The notes under the pieces were generated by a model that had not been told where the DNA came from, did not search any database, and saw only the letters and a list, made by a program, of their open reading frames with translations. Shown in pieces: positions 60,682 through 64,000 of a stretch of 64,000 nucleotides of DNA; position 1 is the stretch's first letter, and each line of letters starts with the position of its first letter. Made by a program: the position numbers and the translations under genes. This DNA comes from Vulcanimicrobiota bacterium (lineage in GTDB: Bacteria > Vulcanimicrobiota > Vulcanimicrobiia > Vulcanimicrobiales > Vulcanimicrobiaceae), in NCBI GenBank assembly GCA_963777315.1, contig CAVZQC010000001.1:256001-320000 (forward strand), given 5' to 3'.

Positions 60682-60764
60682 AAAGGCCCTTCGGTTTGGG
60701 CAGGTCGGCGCCGGGTCCTGCGCCGCGTGCGGCGTTTAAGGAATACGGGAGCGGTTGAGCGTCG

Positions 60765-61115
60765 TCATGAGTGCGCCAGAACGTTTACGAGCTTGCCGAA
60801 CGGATCGCGTACGTAAAAGCGCCGAACGCCCCAGGGTTCTTCTACCGGCCCATATTCAACCTGCAACCCGGCGCTCTTGACGCGCTGAAGAACGGCATCC
60901 ACGTCGTCCACCTCAATCGATAAATCTGGAGTGGCCGTGTCGGAACCGCCTTGGTTCGCAAAGCTGATTTGAACGCTCATCTGCTCTGCGCACCCGTATG
61001 TAACGATCCAGCCATGGTCCATCAGGACGTCTAATCCCAAGATATCGTGATAGAACGACCCAGCCGCTGAAACGTTCTGCGTGTCGATGTTCGCTACGAT
61101 GCGCCTTACCGTCAC
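60765..61115 (-). CDS. VOC/glyoxalase family protein
   Basis: 'VRRIVANI', 'DLSIEVDD', 'EPWGVRRFYVRDPFG'. Confidence 0.88.
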   Translation of the reverse strand: MTVRRIVANIDTQNVSAAGSFYHDILGLDVLMDHGWIVTYGCAEQMSVQISFANQGGSDTATPDLSIEVDDVDAVLQRVKSAGLQVEYGPVEEPWGVRRFYVRDPFGKLVNVLAHS

Positions 61116-61179
61116 GTTCGCATCATACCAGCGTGGCGACTCATACGCCATATCGACGTGAGTAAGGACCGCCCGCGAG

Positions 61180-61917
61180 TCATTCATCCCGCAGTAACCT
61201 ATCGACCAACCGCCGATAGTCGTTTAAGAACCGTTTCGTAACCGCGAAGTGCTCGGTATCTTCGTATTGGACTTCCCGCACGCCGTCAGCGCCGAATTGC
61301 ACGATTTTGCTGTTCGGGTACGCCAGCAAAATGGGCGAATGCGTCGCAATGATGAATTGCGAGCGTGCCCGAACCAAACGGTGAATCGACGCGAGAGCGC
61401 TCATTTGTCGCGTCGGCGACAGCGCCGCTTCCGGTTCATCGAATACATAGAATCCGTCGCCGCGCAGTTTGCGATTGAGCAGCACGAGAAATGCTTCGCC
61501 ATGGGAACGCCGATGAAGCGGTATGTTGTCGTAGCCTCCCAGGTACCCGACTTCGTCCGTGTACGTCGCAACATTGTAAAAGCTCTCTGCGCGCAGAAAA
61601 TACCCGTCGTTTGGTCTGCGGAAACTGCGATTGATGCGAAGATACTCGTGCAGCGTCGACACCGTGTCCGCCGTATTGAACAGCATGTTGCGCGTGCCGC
61701 CTTCCGGCCCGAATCCCATTGCCAGAGCGACGGCTTCCAAGATCGTTGATTTGCCCGTGCCGTTCTCGCCGACGAAAAACGTAACGTCCGGATGAAATCG
61801 CAGTACGCCCAGCTTGGCCACTGCGGGTATGTCGAACGGATATTCGTTGGATCGCGCCGTCCGTTCGGGTTCGATCGATATCTCTTTAAGATATGGTTTT
61901 GGTTCCAGCGCGGGCAC
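61180..61917 (-). CDS. Predicted ABC/AAA ATPase (COG3910-like)
   Basis: 'GENGTGKST', 'FLRAESF', 'SHGE', 'DEPEAALSP', 'ATHSP'. Confidence 0.85.
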   Translation of the reverse strand: MPALEPKPYLKEISIEPERTARSNEYPFDIPAVAKLGVLRFHPDVTFFVGENGTGKSTILEAVALAMGFGPEGGTRNMLFNTADTVSTLHEYLRINRSFRRPNDGYFLRAESFYNVATYTDEVGYLGGYDNIPLHRRSHGEAFLVLLNRKLRGDGFYVFDEPEAALSPTRQMSALASIHRLVRARSQFIIATHSPILLAYPNSKIVQFGADGVREVQYEDTEHFAVTKRFLNDYRRLVDRLLRDE

Positions 61918-61928
61918 GGTACGCCGCC

Positions 61929-62264
61929 CTAAAAGATGCGGGCGCCGTTTGGAACCGCTCTTTGCGGAGCCAAGAGGACCACGCGCCCTTGCTCGTCCGG
62001 CGCCCCAAGCACGAGCACCTCACTGACGAAGCCGCCGATGCGTTTTGGCGCCAGATTCACGACGGCTACGACCTGCTTGTCGATCAGATCTTCGACTGAG
62101 TATAACTGCGTAATTTGCGCGCTCGAACGCTTGTGTCCGAGCTCCATTCCTAGGTCCAGCGTCAGCTTATAGGCGGGCTTACGCGCCTGCGGGAAGAGCT
62201 CCACCGCAATGACCGTGCCCACTCGTATGTCCGCTTGCGCCTGCACCGACCATTGCCGCTTCAT
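61929..62264 (-). CDS. csaA: tRNA-binding protein / chaperone CsaA
   Basis: 'DIRVGT', 'RKPAYKL', 'SSAQIT', 'SEVLVLG'. Confidence 0.85.
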   Translation of the reverse strand: MKRQWSVQAQADIRVGTVIAVELFPQARKPAYKLTLDLGMELGHKRSSAQITQLYSVEDLIDKQVVAVVNLAPKRIGGFVSEVLVLGAPDEQGRVVLLAPQRAVPNGARIF

Positions 62265-62629
62265 CTGAGCTGTTCTTCAATACTGCGCGTCCGGTCGGTG
62301 ATCACGTCTCCGGTATGCTGGGTGTGGACCGGTTCGATCAAAGCGACCCAACACTCCTCGTCGGCTACCGGATTGTGCCGAACGTCACGGGGAACCACAT
62401 AGAACTGTCCCGGGCCGATTGCTATTTCCTCGCCGCCATCGAGCTCGATTCGTAGTCGGCCTCGAAGCACCAGGAACAACTCGTCCTGACCGGCGTGCTT
62501 GTGCCACGCAAGGCTTCCCAGCAGCTTAGCGACCTTGACGTAGTGATCGTTGACTTGTCCGACGATCCGAGGCGACCAATAATCCGTCACCTGCGCGAAG
62601 GCGCCCTCAAAGTCTGTCGCGTTCAGCAT
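62261..62629 (-). CDS. Cupin domain protein
   Basis: 'YWSPRIV', 'WHKH..DELF', 'HNPVA', 'HTGD'. Confidence 0.85.
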   Translation of the reverse strand: MLNATDFEGAFAQVTDYWSPRIVGQVNDHYVKVAKLLGSLAWHKHAGQDELFLVLRGRLRIELDGGEEIAIGPGQFYVVPRDVRHNPVADEECWVALIEPVHTQHTGDVITDRTRSIEEQLR

Positions 62630-62814
62630 CGTTCGTTACTCGTACGGAACATAAAAATCATACGACATGCGGCAGTGCTTTCGGCGCTTGCGTGGCCCTC
62701 GCATGCGTCCACCGCGGAAAACTGCAGTCGCTTGCGGTGCAAGGACTACGGCAATTCGCAGCCGTAAGCCTCGCTTTTCGGTGGGATGGATACCGGCTAT
62801 GAAGGGAGCGTCTC

Positions 62815-63621
62815 ATGAGCGGCACCGTTCTAGATCATAATCAGCGCTCTGCATCGGTATGGAGCTCCGGCGGAGACGACTACGACGAGATCAGCCGTCA
62901 AATCTCCAGCGCCTTGGAGCATTGCGTTTGCCGGCTGGACCCGAAGCCGGATGAACGCGTCCTGGATATCGCTACCGGTACGGGTTGGACGTCCCGCCTC
63001 ATCGCGCGGCGCGGAGCAAACGTCGTCGGCGTAGACATCGCCCAAGAATTGCTGGCAGCAGCGAAGGAACGCGCTTTTCGTGAAGGTCTGCGCATTGAAT
63101 ACGTAATGGGCGATGCCGAGAAGCTGCCGTTCGACGATGCGGCATTTGACGCCGTCGTGTCGACTTTCGGCGTGATGTTCGTAAGCCGTCCGGAGGAGGC
63201 CGCGAACGAAATCGCCCGCATCTGCCGCAAAGGCGGACGCATCGCGCTCGCGACGTGGCCGCCCGACGGCGCCGTGTTTAAAATGTTTTCCGTTATGCGA
63301 GCCTACATGCCGACCGCGACGCCCGCTCCGCCTTCCCCATTCGCGTGGGGTCGCCCGGAGCGCCTCCGCGAATTGTTCGAACGGAACTTCGAGCTCAAGT
63401 TTGAGCAAGGCGTAACGAACTATTACGACCGTAGCGGCGCCGCGGCATGGAACGCATTCGTCACCGGCTATGGGCCGACCAAAGCATTGGCGTCGAGTTT
63501 GGACCAGGAACGGCGTACCGCGCTCGCACGGGACTTCACCGCCTTTCACGATGGCTTTCCGACCGAACTGGGCATTTGCGTACCGCGCTAGTACCTTCTG
63601 ACGGTCGGGATACGAAAATAG
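62815..63621 (+). CDS. Class I SAM-dependent methyltransferase; in-frame TAG at 63589 about 10 codons before the likely end
   Basis: 'VLDIATGTG', 'GDAEKLPF', 'STFGVMF'; 'VPR*YLLTVGIRK*'. Confidence 0.85.
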
Positions 63622-63763
63622 AAAGCGGCTATACCGTCAGCGGCGAGGATAATCGGCCAACCTTGACCGGCATCGACCGCGCGGCCTTCGCTTTTGGCCG
63701 CATCTGCTTGTCACATCGCGACCAACACAGGGTACTGCCGCGTATTCAGCGTAGTGCCTGAAG

Positions 63764-64000
63764 ATGGAGCCATGCATTCCGAAGGGCTGGCACAGCATCA
63801 CCACGCGCTTGGTGGTCCACGATCCCAAAGCAATGATCCGTTTTCTCACGCAGGCGTTTTGCGCAAGCGGTGACTTCAATCCGAACGCGCCGTCCATCAT
63901 GTCGATCGGAGATTCCAAAGTCATGGTCAGCGCCGTAGGACCACGCGAACCTACTGCGGCCTTTCTCTACCTTTACGTCGACGACGCGGATGCAACGTAC
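63764..64000 (+). CDS. VOC/PhnB-like protein, 3' truncated by window
   Basis: Manual translation 'MEPCIPKGWHSITTRLVV...IGDSKVMV...LYLYVDDADATY'. Confidence 0.75.
   Translation, partial: MEPCIPKGWHSITTRLVVHDPKAMIRFLTQAFCASGDFNPNAPSIMSIGDSKVMVSAVGPREPTAAFLYLYVDDADATY

Noticed and set aside
63589..63591. Pyrrolysine or amber recoding
   Set aside because: TAG serves as a normal stop in many genes here and no pyl genes are seen.

Overview
High-GC bacterial chromosomal window (roughly 63% GC, by eye), densely packed with about 60 genes. Gene content and style suggest Candidatus Eremiobacterota/Vulcanimicrobiota, which is an inference. Most genes are housekeeping or metabolic: glcDE-like oxidase, pepP, trxB, malic enzyme, tldD/pmbA, dacB, pepN, an RND pump, tRNA-Leu(GAG), oppBC, kce-kamC-kamB, mntP, proline dehydrogenase, dtd, rpoD-dnaG, ppdK and glyQS. 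There is one accessory island at ~13.6-17.4 kb (decayed IS3 element plus a signal-peptide-bearing RHS toxin/immunity pair) and a small accessory cluster at the right end. Main observations: (1) many genes carry single-base frameshifts, and seven of them lie in or beside AGCT, suggesting long-read errors caused by a DNA modification at AGCT; (2) a recurring GGA(A/G)-N16-(C/G)GAA promoter-like motif lies just upstream of several housekeeping genes; (3) a DUF2600 terpene synthase is coupled to glcDE without glcF; (4) a DDAH-fold protein lacks its catalytic Cys/His; (5) an RND transporter has about 4 extra transmembrane segments; (6) lysine-fermentation accessory genes (kamB, kamC, kce) are coupled to peptide ABC permeases. 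No CRISPR array or rRNA was seen. All family assignments come from motif recognition, not database searches.
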